64,000 nucleotides of DNA from Octopus vulgaris (lineage: Eukaryota), in contig OX597814.1 of the NCBI GenBank assembly GCA_951406725.2, forward strand, positions 73,966,001 to 74,030,000, given 5' to 3'. The translations under genes and the position numbers were made by a program. The notes below the pieces were generated by a model. The model saw nothing but the letters and a program-made list of their open reading frames with translations, was not told where the DNA came from and made no database searches. Below are positions 49,930-64,000 of the stretch, one piece after another. Positions within the stretch are counted from its first letter, which is position 1. Each line of letters begins with the position of its first letter.

Positions 49930-51393
49930 GGCAGTTACGATGTATTACATCGACGTTGGTGAAGAAGATATAATACTAGACATAGATTAGGTGGACGCAC
50001 ACTCAGCTGCTGGCCTTGATGGTTTACCAGCAATTCTTCTGAAATCGAGCGAACATGCCTTGGCAAAACCATTAGGGATTCTCTTTCAGAGTTTTCTTGC
50101 AAATGTCAAGCTGCCATGCAAACTGAAGGAAGGAATAATATGCCGAATCCACAAAAGAGGAAGCAGAGCAGATACCAAAAAATTTAGGCCTATCTCTGAC
50201 TTCACACACCAGGAAAGTCATGGAACAAATAGTCAGAGGGAAACCAATTGCATTCTTCGAAGAAAATGACTTGCTGAATGATACCCAGCATGGCTTTCGA
50301 CTATGTAGGAGCTGCCTGACCCAGCTCCTACAACACTATGACTGTGTGTTGAAGCAGTTAGTCGACAACTCAAATGTGGACGTAAAATACCTTGACTTTG
50401 CATAAGTTTTTGATAAAATTAATCACGGTATGATATGCCACAAACTGCGCTATCTTGGCATAGCTGGAAAACTTGGAGAATGGTTACATGACTTTCTGAA
50501 AGATAGAAGTTAGGCAGTAGTGGTCATTGGAGCCACCTCAAAGAAAACACAAATAGTGAGTGGTGTTCCACAGGGCACTGTCTTGGGACTACTGCTTTTT
50601 ATAGTGGCCCTCTCAGATATGCCCTCAGCTTCCCGGATAGCCACCCTTGCAAGCTATGCTGACGATACGAAAGTCTCACAGAAAATACAAAATCCTAGCG
50701 ATTTTGCACGCCTGCAGCAGAAGTTGGACGCAATTTACAGATGGGCTGAGGATAATAATATGCAGTTTAATGCTTGAAAATTCCAATTCCTGCGCTACCA
50801 AAACTGAATGAAAACCTTACAGGGTACATTGGCTCAGGTGGGGATTACAATCCCAGAATATAAATCAGTGAGGGACCTGGGTATTAACATGAGTGATGAT
50901 ACCTCTTTCCAAGTGCACATTACCAGGATGGCGACAAAGTGCAGACGGCTGGCTGGATCCTGAGAACCTTCAGAACCAGAGAGAAGGAAACCATAACGGT
51001 CCTCTGGAAGATATCCGTATGCAATCGTCTAGACTACTGCTCCCAAATATGGTCACCCCACAGTGTAACATTAACAGCGGACCATGAAGCAATCCAGCGA
51101 AGCTTCACAAAGAAGATCGTCTCATTGCAACAGCTCAGCTACTGGGAAATGTTGAAACAGCTAAGACTACTCCCTGGAGTGAAGGCGGGAGAAATATGCA
51201 GAAATATACATCTGGAAGATGTTAGAAGTGATTGTGCCAAATTTTGGCATTGAAAGCTACACAAATGCCAGAACGGGTCGCCACTGCATTGTGCCAAAGA
51301 TCTCAACAATGCTATCGCGTTTCAGGACTAGTTCCTGCAGAAGACTGGGTTTCAGGGGCCCACAGCCTGAGGGACCTACACAAGGTGGATGTA
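49930..51393 (+). mobile_element. CR1/L2-like LINE RT fragment, interrupted by Tc1 and resuming at 53098-53200
   Basis: AAGLDGLPAILLK, QHGFRLCRSCLTQLL, SGVPQGTVLG, SYADDTK, DYCSQIWSP; reads ...LHKVDV|GVFKTKL across the Tc1 insertion. Confidence 0.9.
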
Positions 51394-53095
51394 CACTACC
51401 GTCAGAAATTAATTAGCACCCTTGATTTGCTCTTCACTCAAGATATTTGCTGTCACCTAGTGGCCATATCTCGAACTATTGCTTTGTTGCGAGTTCACTG
51501 TTGTGCAGAACGATGACGTAACTTTGTTTGCAGAGCGGTTTGAGAGTCTACAGCCTAATGATGTTGACATAGCAGTGCAACAACAACTTGGAGTGCGGAT
51601 GCAGACAAATCTTCCTTTGTTTAATAGATATAGGTAGCGCCTCGCAAGGACCGAAATCACACCGTACTAAGTTTTCTCATCGCGTAAGATGTTTTGAACA
51701 GCTCGTAGGTTAATTGATTTGTGTATTTGCAAGATTTTTTTTCCTCACAAATTCTCCTACACTCTGCTTGGTGACGTCACTTCCGGTTCACAAAACTTTC
51801 TGTTATACATCAAATAAGGTGAGAAATTCTGCTTTCTTTCTTTTTTTGTTTCATGAATAATAACTCATAGCAGTTTTGTTATAGCATAACATTATTCAAA
51901 TGAATAGTTTTAATGAAAATATCTGGTTTTTATCGTTCATTCCTAGATGGGCCCAAGACCTCTCATGACCTTGGAGAGACGGTACGAGGCTCTCTCGTGG
52001 CGTGGGAAGCTGTCGGAGGCTGCAATAGCCAGAAAACTTGGTGTAGCCAGGCGCACAATTCAGTGCTTATTTAAGAAATACGAGGAAACCGGATCAGCAG
52101 CTGACAAAAAGGGTAGGGGACGGAAGAGGCTGACGACCCAGCGGGAGGACCGGATGCTGATCTGAAAGTCACTGTACAACCGAAGGGCAACGAGCCGGCA
52201 ACTGGCGGAGGAGATGCAAAAGATGACAGGGAAGCAGTTGTCTACAACCACCGTCAACTGGAAGCTGGTCTAAAATCCTGTAGGGCCGCCCGTAAGCCGC
52301 TCCTTACAGCCCAAAACCGGAAGAGGCGGCTACTCTGGGCCCGTGCCCACAAGATATGGACCGTGCAGCAGTGGCGGACAGTGATGTTCACTGACGAGTC
52401 GCGATTCAGTCTCGTCAGTGACAAGCCTGTCCATGTGCGACGCCGCAGGGGTGAGCGCTTCAACAAAGACTGCATTGCTCCCACCATGAAGCATGGTGGG
52501 GGTAGGCTGATGGTGTGAGGGGCGTTCAGCTACAGTGGTGTTGGGCGGCTCTATGCCGTCGAAGGCAACATCAACGCAGCAAAGTACGTTGAGATAGTAC
52601 GGGATACCTCTTTGGTGGCGAGGAGTACGTGCTCCAGCAGGACAACGCGCCTTCCCACACAGCCAAGCTCACAACCGGTTTCTTCAAGGACCATGGGGTG
52701 ACGGTCATGGACTGGTCTGGCCAGTCACTTGACCTGAACCCTATTGAGAACCTCTGGAGTCGATTGGGTAGGGATTTGAATGTGCAGCAATACAGGAACC
52801 GACACGAGCTGTTTGGGGCACTTCTTGCTGCATGGAGGGCCATCCCTGCACAGTACCTGCAGGCACTCATAGACAGCATGCCGACCCGCGTAGCAGCTGT
52901 CATTGCTGCCAAAGGAGGAGCAACAAGATATTGACTAAATTTCACGATTAATAACAATTATGTGGTGTGCTGGGATATGTTTTAATAAATTTTTGATTAA
53001 AAACGTGTTTGTTTCTGATAATAAGTTAATTAAATTAAGAAAATGTAAGAAAATGTAGAAATTTGAGAAGTGCTAATTAATTTCCGACACAAGTG
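51394..53095 (+). mobile_element. Full-length Tc1 (DD34E) element, transposase 51947-52934 disrupted
   Basis: TA|cactaccgtcagaaattaattagcac...gtgctaattaatttccgacacaagtg|TA; GRGRKRLTT, VMFTDES, QQDNAPSH, DLNPIENLW, KGGATRY*. Confidence 0.95.
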
Positions 53096-53389
53096 TAGGT
53101 GTTTTCAAAACAAAACTGTATATCTTTCTGTCGAGAGTCCCAGATGAACCCATCTCGCTGCAGGTGGTGCAAATGAAGGCAGCGACATAAAACTCCCTTA
53201 TTGACCAAATATATATGTAATATATGCATAATATAAACTCTATCGAGCTGTTTCACACAAATATATACATTTACCACCACCCCATATCTATATACATATA
53301 TACATACGCACACACAACACACAAATACACATGCACACACTCATATACATATATGTGTATGTGTATACTCTATTAAAAGTCGTATTTAT

Positions 53390-53629
53390 CTAAAGATCTT
53401 CAAATATAAAAAGATATTTTTTCTCCCAGTCTTTCATCTCGTATGGTTGCAAATTCTTTTCTGCCCTCAGTTCTTCTTTGGGGAAAGACACTTTTGTATC
53501 AGGTTTCCAATTAATGATATTAAACCTCTTTATTATAAATATTAATGGAATCCAAATAAGTATAAGGATAACGAATGACGAACCGATGAACAAACACCAT
53601 CCGGGCCATTTTGTTTTAATTTTGGTGGC
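53390..53629 (-). CDS. SLC6 sodium-dependent amino-acid-type transporter, last exon (TM12 and C-tail)
   Basis: ttttgacag|gcc; ATKIKTKWPGWCLFIGSSFVILILIWIPLIFIIKRF...FEDL*; in phase with the upstream exon. Confidence 0.85.
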   Translation of the reverse strand, partial: ATKIKTKWPGWCLFIGSSFVILILIWIPLIFIIKRFNIINWKPDTKVSFPKEELRAEKNLQPYEMKDWEKKYLFIFEDL

Positions 53630-53668
53630 CTGTCAAAAAATAAAAATTCAAATGACTATGGTAGCAGC

Positions 53669-53771
<103 letters not shown>

Positions 53772-54659
53772 TTCTATTATATTCGTCTAAACTATTTTAG
53801 TACTAATATTGCAGTAGATACCAGTTTAGCCATGAATATTCTAGTTGTGATCCTCCAGAATCATACAACTCATGGAACCAATTAATCGGTTTATATGTCG
53901 TTTACGTGACCAAGATCTCAACGCTTCCCTGAGCAGTATGCAAGTTTGTGGCAAAGTTACCATTTACAGCTAAGTGAGTAACGTGAAATGAAATATTTTG
54001 TTCAAGAACACAAATCATAGCCCGTTCTTTGACTAGAAACCACGGTCTTGTGGTCATGATTGCAACACTCTAACCACAAGGCCATGCGCTTTCACCTTTT
54101 GAGTGATCACAAGTCTCCAAGGAATTCCTTCTTTGACCAAAAGAAGTTCATTTCCTTCTTGTCATTTATTATAATTACACTTACATGAAGGATATCTTAT
54201 AAAGATATTAAATCGAGTTCAATATGTAACAGGCAAGTTTGCTTCGGTGCATTCAGAAGCACATCCGCTTAATATGCAGAACAAAAGGACAAATCATAGC
54301 CAGCTGGAGACGATGTCTCCTGGGGCTAAATTGCATCAACATTAGTCCTAAACCAGGACTGCCATGTTATGTTGGCAAACAATCTTTACTACAAAGTACT
54401 GTTGCTGAATATCTCACGTTGTAAGATTTAAAAATAGTAATTTTCTAAGGATCCTTCAACTGTTAGAAATGCATGTATTATACAACTCAAAAGAAAACGC
54501 TCAAAGATCGGTGTTTCATCTAAAATATATGATACACTTGTTGAGATTCAAAAGAAGCTTCAAAACCAGTATGTAACATAATAATCAAATAACAATCCTT
54601 ATGTATCTAGTTATTTTTGTCAAAAAATAATGAAGTAGGTTTTTGAGTCGAAATCTTAC

Positions 54660-54822
54660 CGTATCTTTATCCCAAACTTCATAAGTCATGCCAGTTATTA
54701 TCATTTTTATTAAACTAGCTAATAATATGATCATCATTACAAGCGGGGATATATACTTCCACATTATTAGCCAGAAGTAACTAGGACGTGTTCCAACCAT
54801 TACATGAATGTCATCAGCAAAT
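54660..54822 (-). CDS. SLC6 transporter exon (TM11)
   Basis: tacag|a...acg|gtaaga; FADDIHVMVGTRPSYFWLIMWKYISPLVMMIILLASL...YEVWDKDT. Confidence 0.93.
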
Positions 54823-55912
54823 CTGTACAATGAAAAAAAATTGAATTATATATTTATGCACGCATACACATACAATACATATACGAAGAAGTGGCTTTAG
54901 CGAAAAACTGGCACATAAACAACATCTTCACTATAACAGCAAGTGAGCAATAGGAAAATAAATTGGTTTAATTTATCATTCTACATGAATTTAGTCACTA
55001 ACATAACAAAGAATTTTATATCTGAAGTACAATCACTTTTCTCATCTGAGCATAAATACCAAAAGCCTTTTAACACCATTAACATTAAGATCAGCTATTT
55101 TTATCTAAAAACTATAAATTCAGGAACTCTTAAAATTGCCCACTAGCTCTCTAAGGTTATGATATATATATATAACCAACCATAAATTCCGTAAAGTATC
55201 TCGAGAGAAATTACACAGGATTCACTGCAAATACTTTCAGAGCAGATATAACTAACATGAAAGCAACAGAGAATAATCCATCTCACAATTTCAATTCGTT
55301 TGGAAAATAAGGGACCACAGAGATAGAACAAGTCTTTATAACTTGGAATTTAGTGAATAGATCTACATCGTTCATTAACAGGTCTGGAAAGTGTAGATTA
55401 TGCGTGACTGATATATTCCAGATCCTGAAGCAGCTATCCATGTAGGTGAATTGAAGATCCAAAGTATTGTCTCTGTGCCATCACCGAAGACTCCTTTGGA
55501 GTAGCACAATCTGAGAAAATACTAAAAAATTTTGGAGTCAAAATATTACCAAATCGATGGAAAGTTGTACCTCTGTGATATCGCAGGTCAAACTAAAGTG
55601 CTCTCCCCTTCAAAAAAGCATAACCCTCAAGCAGTATCAGTAGAACTATGAAGTGAATTTCTAAACAATAATCATGTCACACTTGCGCCCATTGTATTGA
55701 AAATTATATATTTCCTTTTCGTAAATCAGTTGTTACCACCATGTAGCACAATCGGTTATTGATTTCGTATAAGAATATTCTATATATAAATTCATATTTA
55801 ATCATTCCCTCCCCCAAAATTCAGGCTGTTATCCCTCCGCCACAAATTTCTGGTATTCGATTCAGCTGATGAAACAACATTGTTTTCATCGAATAACAGA
55901 AAAACAACTTAC

Positions 55913-56072
55913 TTGCTGAGGCCATAAATATATGAGACAGACATAACTTCAGCAAATGCTATAAAAAGCAATGGTAATCCACCGGTGAATTCATCAAAGA
56001 GCACAAACGTATAACTACCCGACTGGGCTGCAAAACTGAGTGAGATCAAAAATGATGTTAGGCACAAAACAG
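55913..56072 (-). CDS. SLC6 transporter exon (TM9-10)
   Basis: tttcag|ct...aa|gtaagt; VLCLTSFLISLSFAAQSGSYTFVLFDEFTGGLPLLFIAFAEVMSVSYIYGLS. Confidence 0.93.
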
Positions 56073-58184
56073 CTGAAAAAAGAAAAGAAATATGTCAAAA
56101 GATAAGAAACAGTTATTGAATATTAATACATACACATTCAAACAAGTAGATTTCTATGTATTTGTACGTGTGCACGTGAGTATGTCAGTGTGTGTGTGCG
56201 CGCGCGAGCGAGCGCTTGTATATGTATGTACATTTATGTGTAAATTTCTGAGTAGTTTCTCTTTTTCTTTATGGTAATGGTGAAATTCAATAGAAAGGTC
56301 GAAGACATAATTTCTTTTGAAAGACTTTAGAACAAGTTATCTAAGAATGTACACAAATTACATTTCCTTCATATATGCTCCCAATTTTCTGAGTTGCACT
56401 AGAAGAAATGCTAGCATTTGTTGAAAACTGTGTTACTGAGTTGACATCAGCAAAACATTTAACTATGCCTGCAAGCTTACGAGCAAAAATACATGCCTAT
56501 GAGCTTCATCCATTTCTCGTCTCTTGGATCGGAGGCTTTGACTAATGCATTGACTAATGGTATAGCATCCTCTGATCCACACTATGAACCCTGTTGTGAA
56601 TAAGTTCGGTTTCCCCCTCATACTCTTTCTTCTATGCATCAACAGTGTACTTGCAGTTATGTCCAACAACCCCCGTCTGCTGAGCAGACTACTCTTTACG
56701 CCTCTCAAACCTTTCACATCCAAGTTTCCCCCGCATGCATCCTATACACCTAACGCCTAACATATTCTATAACCTCGAAAATATTCTGCAGTGGAGCCAA
56801 AATGGGCCCCATTTCACAGCACAAAGACACGACCTCTATCAAAAAAGCACTCTTTAAACACGAACAATACGCAAATAGAACCCTCAAAATTGCTACAAAT
56901 AATTCTTCATACAGACGAAAGACCTCGAATTCAAGGGAATGGAAGAATCAATTATATCAGCTCCAGTATCTGTACTTCTTTCGATCCCGAAAGGGTGAAA
57001 AGAAAAGTTGACCCTGGCGCGATTCGAACCCAGAGTGCAGAGCGCAGGAAAGAATATTGCAATAAAAGACTTTGCTAGATCGTTGCCTTTAAGTTGCTAC
57101 AAATAATAGCGTTTCTCCTTCCAGATGATCTCTCGTGACGAACTGATATCCTCAAAAGAGTGAAGACCGTATAACAGGCTCTCCTCTTTAGGGGTAGAAA
57201 AATACATTAAAACTCCTAACAGTTACTAACACCATGCAGATGAAATGTTGCTCTTGTATCAGGGACATTGTAGATTGTACTCTTACAAACATTTTGCATG
57301 TCTGCATAAAATGATTCGATGGAATAGATTAGAATCAATCACCAAATCTTTCTAGCCTCTAATCAAAATATGTGTTACGAGCAAAACGCCCTCCGCCCAA
57401 TGGACGGTGCTGAGTTGTTAAACATTTAAACCAAATTTTCTCAAAACAGCTTGTCCGACCGTCCCATTTTGTGGCATTATTTCAAGCCACCCGGCTTTTT
57501 TTGTGCAAACTGCACGAGCATTTTTCTCGCGTACGTGTAGTATCGATCGCAACAGCTGATGTACTTGCGCGTACAAATGCACGTTCCCACGGCTTTATCG
57601 ATCGTATTCTCACCTGGAATCGATTTTTGTAATTTTTTCAAGACTTATACACGCCCTGATACCGTCGGTATCTACATATCAAATTCGAGCGCAATCGGAT
57701 GGAGAATGCCCTAGATCCTAGAAGACACACACACACACAGACAGAACGGATTTTATATAACAGATTTCCTTGCTCGGCCTCTTCTGCCACAATTACAGTG
57801 GTTTCTGTTCTTTGGAGATGGATGAACCACTTTGCCAAGTTCTTCCTTCCTAGAACATCACGTCCTCCGGAGTTTCCTTTTACAAATGTTTTTTTCTCTA
57901 CAAACATTACTTTGTAGTTGATCAGGAAATAACATTAACTGCGTCAATCTCACCAAAATCGGAGAACGTATGAAAGACATAGGCATACCCGCTTGCTCCA
58001 GACCAAATCATAAAAAAACTGCCATCTTAGTTCTGTTATTTGAGGGAAAATTGGCTGTTATTTCTCGAAGGTCAAATAGTTATGTAGAAGCTCCCTCGTT
58101 GCTTCGTCAATATAATGATTGCTTTACTCAGACAATGAGGTTGTGTAACGTGCAGTTTTAATGTAATTATAATACGATATTTAC

Positions 58185-58392
58185 CTGGTATAAAAAATCG
58201 ATTCTGTCGAAGGAAAGGATATTTGCCAGAATCTGTGACCAATGTAGTAATGCACTCGAGAGTGCCAAACATCGAATCTAACCCAAGGGCTAGCAACATC
58301 AAGAAGAATAGGATTGCCCAAAGTGGTGAAACTGGAAACTGGTTTATTGCTTCAGTGAAAGCAATAAACGCCAAACCTGGTCCTCCAGCTGT
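58185..58392 (-). CDS. SLC6 transporter exon (TM8)
   Basis: ttatag|aca...g|gtaaat; [46 protein letters not shown], characteristic of SLC6A15-20-like transporters. Confidence 0.95.
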
Positions 58393-59584
58393 CTATAAAA
58401 CACGTAATAAAACATTGTCAATTTGGGTAATTAATTTGCATAATATCATAGCAAGCAAAACAAAACATTCTTTACACATGATTTGAGTGTATTTTTTATA
58501 ATTCGTATCGCTTTCGAGGCATATATGTAATTCACTTGCTGAAACAGCAAAAATTTTAAATAATAATGATAAAAAACATACATTTAAAATTGTTTTCTTT
58601 TGTTAAATAATCGTTGATTAAGAAATTCGCGCAGTAAATACTCAGCAATTCATGAGTAAGTACATTAAAAACAAACGAACTTAATTTCTTGAAGGTTGAA
58701 TATGTTGGATGTTTGAGCTGGAATATAATAGAAGTAGTGTACAAAAATGAATGAAGCTTAGATATCTCAATTGAGAGAAGTGGTGGTGACAAGGTTGAGG
58801 CATATATTTATGATAGCTCGTTTAAAATTTCTTAAATATATTAGAGTACTTTTATCGACTGTTTGTTTCCAATTTTAGTTATAAATTATATACTTGATAA
58901 AGAAAACAAGAAGTCGATTCGACATAACAAACGATATATCTTGAAACACTAGTAAGGTATTTTCTCATAAAATGTTAAAAAATGTTGTTATTGCCCGACT
59001 ATAATATCTTTCAAATACACTTTCGAAATTGTTTTCTACATCATTTCCAGCTATGTAGATGGAATACACAGTTTAGCTTGCAATATTTAACGCAGTGGGT
59101 CCCAAGCTTTTCACTAACAAGGACCGCTTTACTTACATGGATGTTCCCACGAACAACATGCTTTTGAAATATCTATTTACTCAATAAATTTCGAACTCAG
59201 CTCATAGTCCTTCAGAACACTTTTTGTGGACTCCACATTGGGATTTAAGGCTTTATAGTACTTGAGGTCGCTGCACAAACCGTTTTAGGAAAATTACAAT
59301 TTACTTTCATAATTTGCTTAATGACTCAGTTTCAACCAGAGTAAATTTAATGGCTTCTTCGAAAAAAATTCAAAATCATGCACTTATTCTGTCAAATAAG
59401 TTTTGTTTTTGACGTGCGTGAAGAAAAATTCCTATTTGGTTTGAAATCCAAAGATAATCGATCTCATTTTCTCTAATTTTGTTTTTTTTTAATTATTGCA
59501 GTAGGTTTGCTCTCGTTACATCTTGGACACTTTTAAACCTGGCACAGCCGATCCTTTTCATGCCTGACCAAATCGATTTCTTGC

Positions 59585-59680
<96 letters not shown>

Positions 59681-60277
59681 TGGAGAGACCGTAAAACGGA
59701 CGAATCGATCCCACTCCAAGATTGCTAATTAATTTATCGACTCCGAAAAGATGAAAGACAAAGTTGACGGCAGTGTTATTTGAACTCAGATAATGGAGAA
59801 AAGGAGGGATTACTGTAAGACAATCTAGCTGACCCTCTAACGGCTCGGTTAATTCGTTGCCTTACGGGAATGTTATTGAGTATTTTATAGAAGTTACAGT
59901 TCTTGGTTTCTTAATTCGAGAATTAAAATAATAATAGTTTCTTTAAAGGGAACAAAGCCACAGATTTGAATTGGAGAGGAATATAACCAATATGAATAGA
60001 TATGACTAATAAATACTTAGAAATGTATTAGTATTGAATAATTAATGCTTTTTTTAGTGAGTTGGGGAAAGGAAAGACAAGTGCTAATCTCGGATTGTTT
60101 AGAAACTAAAAATACTTCAGTTTCCATGACACAATCGCTCTTTAGATAGAATACCGTCTCATATTCTATTTAGAAGACAATACATACTGAAACACGAAAG
60201 AATACGAACTTTAGAAAAAAAAAAAAATTGGATTTTTGTAATTTCTTTACGAAAGTCAATCCGTTATTTCTACTTAC

Positions 60278-60390
60278 ATTTTCTAATTCTTTATCCAAAT
60301 CACAAGTGAAAGGAGCTTCCTTCGTCATGTTCTTGGTTACTTCCATGAGTCTACTTTGACAGTCTTCAAAACTTTTGTAAGCTTTAAAAC
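60278..60390 (-). CDS. SLC6 transporter exon (extracellular loop 4); upstream exons outside the window
   Basis: ctcag|gt...aat|gtaagt; GFKAYKSFEDCQ...FTCDLDKELEN, the GFKA...C...C-L--EL loop of the amino-acid SLC6 subfamily. Confidence 0.88.
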
Positions 60391-60436
60391 CTGAGTGGAA
60401 CAGAAATATGCCACTCTTATTATAGAATACAAATTA

Positions 60437-60750
60437 GTGAAGGCACGTGGCTTAGGGGTTAGGGTATTCGGTTCACGATCGTGGGTTCGATTCCCGGCGG
60501 CGAATTGTTTCCTGAACAAAACTATATTTCACGATGTTCCAGTCCACTCAGCTGGTAAAAATGAGTAGTACTTGCAATTTGAAGTGCCAGCATTATGGCA
60601 TTTTTTGTCATACCGAAACTCCCTGAGAACTACGTTAAGAGTATGCGTGTCTGTTGAATGCACAACCACTTGCACGTTGATTTCACAAACAGGCTGTTTC
60701 ATTGATTGGATCAGCTGGTGCACTCATCTCATAACCGGCAGAGTGCCAGA
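60437..60750 (+). mobile_element. tRNA-derived SINE (same family as 39671-39986)
   Basis: gtgaaggcacgtggcttagggg...gggttcgattcccggc...tccactcagctgg...gagaactacgtta. Confidence 0.8.
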
Positions 60751-61336
60751 ATAAAAATTATTGAGTTGTAAACTTTCGTACGATCAAGCTAGCGAACCTA
60801 GGCACGTGTTGCAGTAATTTTAGTTCAGCGTTAAAAAAATATTTATTTCATTCAATTTTTCCTTCACAAAGTTAGAATTTTCTTTTCTACTCTAGGCACA
60901 AGGCCCGAAATTTTTTCGGGGAGGGGGCCAATACATTAGATAGACTGGAACTTAATTTATCGACACCGAAAGGCAAAGTCGATCGCGGCAGAATTTGAAC
61001 TCAGAAAGTAAAGACAGACGTTTCTGCCAGCTCTCCGCCTTGTCCGTCTGGAGTATTATATGTATGTTGGTACTGAAAACAGCAGTACCATAGGCAGGCA
61101 TTATGAAAGTTATTTAGTGCAATAACCTATTTAAATTCACTTTGATTAATTAGTATATAATTGTACCTGCAAAGTACACGTGCAAAAATATATGTTGTAT
61201 AGTTATATTGCCATACCGTATAGATACATATATCTAAATATAACTAACAAAATATCTTTCTTAACGTGCGCGCGTGGGTATGTGTGTGTGTATTGTATAT
61301 GTATGTATTACGTATGTATGTGTGTTTATACGCATA

Positions 61337-61416
<80 letters not shown>

Positions 61417-61485
61417 TGATAGAAATGGTAAGACAACAAAAGAATGAAAGAGAGCTCGATATTATGTAAATAGAGGAATTATCTG

Positions 61486-61612
61486 TAAATATAATATGTG
61501 ACAATTATTCGGTAGCCATGATAAAACTCCGGTAGACATGCTAATATGTGACAATTACTCCGAAACTCGGAGTTTTATCATGGCTACGGAATAATTGTCA
61601 CATATTATATTT
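61486..61612. repeat. Short inverted pair of a pLTR-type repeat
   Basis: aaatataatatgtgacaattattcggtagccatgataaaactccg is mirrored at 61568-61612; the spacer contains a direct re-copy of taatatgtgacaatta. Confidence 0.75.
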
Positions 61613-61738
61613 ACACACACACACACATGTATATATAAGTACATACATACGGTTATATAGATAGATCGATCGATCGATAGATAGTGACGCGGATAAACAT
61701 GATTGGGCTTGCTATATATAAATACATATACATATATA

Positions 61739-63130
61739 CCACAGATTGCCCGGTTTCCCTTCTTGAAGACTGTAATGATGGTCGCATCTGTCCGCATGAA
61801 CAGCCTCTGCCTCCCACATGCCTAGGATAAGCATATACAACCTGGTCTTCACGAGTTGACTACTCTGAGACAGGAGCTCCATGCTTTCATGCGTTTTAGG
61901 GCCTTTTCAAACTCAGGGTAGTTTGTGGGGGGAGTGACATCCAATGTCGGATCGGATATTGGGGGACATTTCGAAGCATCTCCCTTCTCAGTATCACTGG
62001 AAAGATTTTCGCCAGGATCCTGTTAGATATATTAGTGGTCGTTACTGAGGAAGTACTCTCAGAATCGCAGTGCAGCTTCCGCCCCACCCAAGGTACTATT
62101 GACATGATCATTTGCGCTTGCCTTCTCCAAGAAAGAGCCCTTGAGCTGAGAAAGCCATTATTTTTTGTGAGAAAGTTTCCGAGGCCTGAACTGGATCCAA
62201 AATGGATGGAGGACTTTTCAACACAGCCCGCTTCTACCACCTTGGCCAAAGTAGATGAGCTGCAGTATGCTGATGAAACCGAGTGCATTCCTGCGCACTC
62301 CATCTCTGATCTTCAGGAGGCTGTGAACATCTTTGAAAATTTGTATAGCCGTTTTCGTCTGTTTACAAATGTAAAGAAGACGAAGATTCTTGCATAGGGA
62401 GTCCCCGGCCAACCTCCCATTGACACCAGTGACACAAGGCTACGGTGTGGACTTTCAAAGCCTCGGAAGATACCTGTCCAGCGATTGCATCATTCAGAAA
62501 GACATCAAGAATAGGATCAGTGCAGTCCATACTGCTTTCGGAAAACTCTCAAAATGAGTCTTCCTAAACCACGACCTCACCATCGAAACAAAAATCACGT
62601 TATTCCGAGCTGTTATCCTTTTCACACTCTCTACGGCTGTGAGACATGGGTATTGTATCGACGTGACTTGAAGAAAATCAAGCTTTTCAGACATCACAAA
62701 CTTCGTGCTATCATGAAGATTCGATGGAAAGACTACATATCCAATGAAGAGGTTCTGCTCCGGATTGGAGTGCCCAGCATTGAAGCTACTATTGCATGAC
62801 ACCGCCTCCGTTGGTCGGAACATTATATGTACGCTTCAACTTTGTGGAGTTGGCCTCAGGCACCAGAGCTCCCAAATTCCGTTTCCGAGACCACCTCAAG
62901 GTCACTCTCCTTCGTTGTTCCTTGGACCAAATACTGGGGACACAATCGCCAAAGAACGCCCAAAGTGGGAGCATGTCATCGCCGAGGGAACGGTTCAGAT
63001 GGATGGAAAATAACAGACGTCAAGAGGCAGGGATCAGACATCGAAAACGCAGAAAACGAGTGCCCCCACCAACCCTCCCTGCGATAAATATATATCGCTC
63101 TTGGCCTGAACAGTCACGCTAGGCAACAGC
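61739..63130 (+). mobile_element. Degenerate RTE LINE fragment with inverted 5' segment
   Basis: Minus 61739-61890 DATIITVFKKGNRAICG; plus from ~61960 FRSISLLSITGKIF, SESQCSFRP, LQYADE, LYGCETW. Confidence 0.8.
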
Positions 63131-63227
63131 ACTCTCTGTGCTCACTCGCTATAAATTAACTACTCGGACACGAGTTAATGCCGACGACTATACATGTACA
63201 CATATTGATACAGACGCACGCACGCAT

Positions 63228-63302
<75 letters not shown>

Positions 63303-64000
63303 CACATACACACACACAAACACACATTAGACTACCCGTGACCCGTTGAGTCACCGGGAAAGTTCAAGTTTTGTTTCGTAGTTTTCTTCTTTTCCAGTTA
63401 TTTCGCATGCTTTCAACGAATGTGACGGCGAAATCACTCGTAAACGGGCACTTTCCCCAGAAAAGGAAATATTTGGCCGCTATTTCTTTCACGCTCTGCT
63501 ACCATGAAACATGTATTTTGGGTCCCTTATCGCAAATAACTGTTACCTGGTAGCAGGGCGTGCTAGAAATAGCAGCCAAGTCTTTGGAGGTGAGATACGT
63601 CGAATGCACTCGAAAAATACCTATGGAAAAAAACCCCATTTCACACCGAGCTACGAACGGGTATTTTACGAAACACTTACTGCATTTTTAAGTCATTTTC
63701 TCTTTAAAATATTTTTAAGTATGCCAAAAAATTTTTGTAATGGTATTCAATTGAAAATAAAAAAAAAAAAAAAGAATATTGTCTGTTTAAAGAAAGCTAA
63801 AATATAAATACTGACTGTACAAACAACTTGCATTTTTGAAATCACATTCACTTAAAAATATTTCTAAATGATTAAAATACTGTGTTTAAGAAAAGCGAAA
63901 ATAGAAACATTTACTGCAAAAAACAAATCATATATTTTCGTTTTCACGTCACTGTATCTAATCGAAAGGTACGAGTTTCTTCCCTTTCAGGCTTAAGCTT

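Noticed and set aside
55862-55895. ctgatgaaac...ttttcatcgaa next to an SLC6 donor site
   Set aside because: Simple hairpin; the core halves are not separated by helix II and there is no helix I partner
63541-63590. Additional SLC6 exon (minus-strand donor ccag|gtaac)
   Set aside because: The translation does not resemble SLC6 TM7, and the sequence looks like a common repeat fragment

Overview
AT-rich, microsatellite-dense animal genomic DNA. The SINE/LINE families look like those of octopus, but this is an inference from recall. Two spliced host genes face each other. MED20 (+) has three coding exons at 6188-13176, and its short first exon was not found. An SLC6 amino-acid-type transporter (-) has its last five exons at 60390-53390, and its 5' part lies beyond the window. 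Introns and the ~40 kb intergenic space are filled with decayed transposons: Merlin, mariner, Tc1, maT-like, pogo-like, Helitron, RTE, CR1/L2-like, Tx1/L1-like, a Penelope GIY-YIG fragment, tRNA-derived SINEs and MITEs. The most notable signal is non-coding. Nine type I hammerhead-ribozyme folds with an intact CUGAnGA/GAAA/NUH core, from five unrelated sequence families, plus four core-variant copies, lie in short repeats mostly embedded in (TA)n/(CA)n tracts. They occur as divergent inverted pairs or as a 1.5-mer tandem, the architecture of Penelope pseudo-LTRs and retrozymes. Several such repeats are joined through microhomology to near-exact copies of neighbouring genomic DNA 0.8-1.8 kb away. 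All folds and alignments were done by eye.
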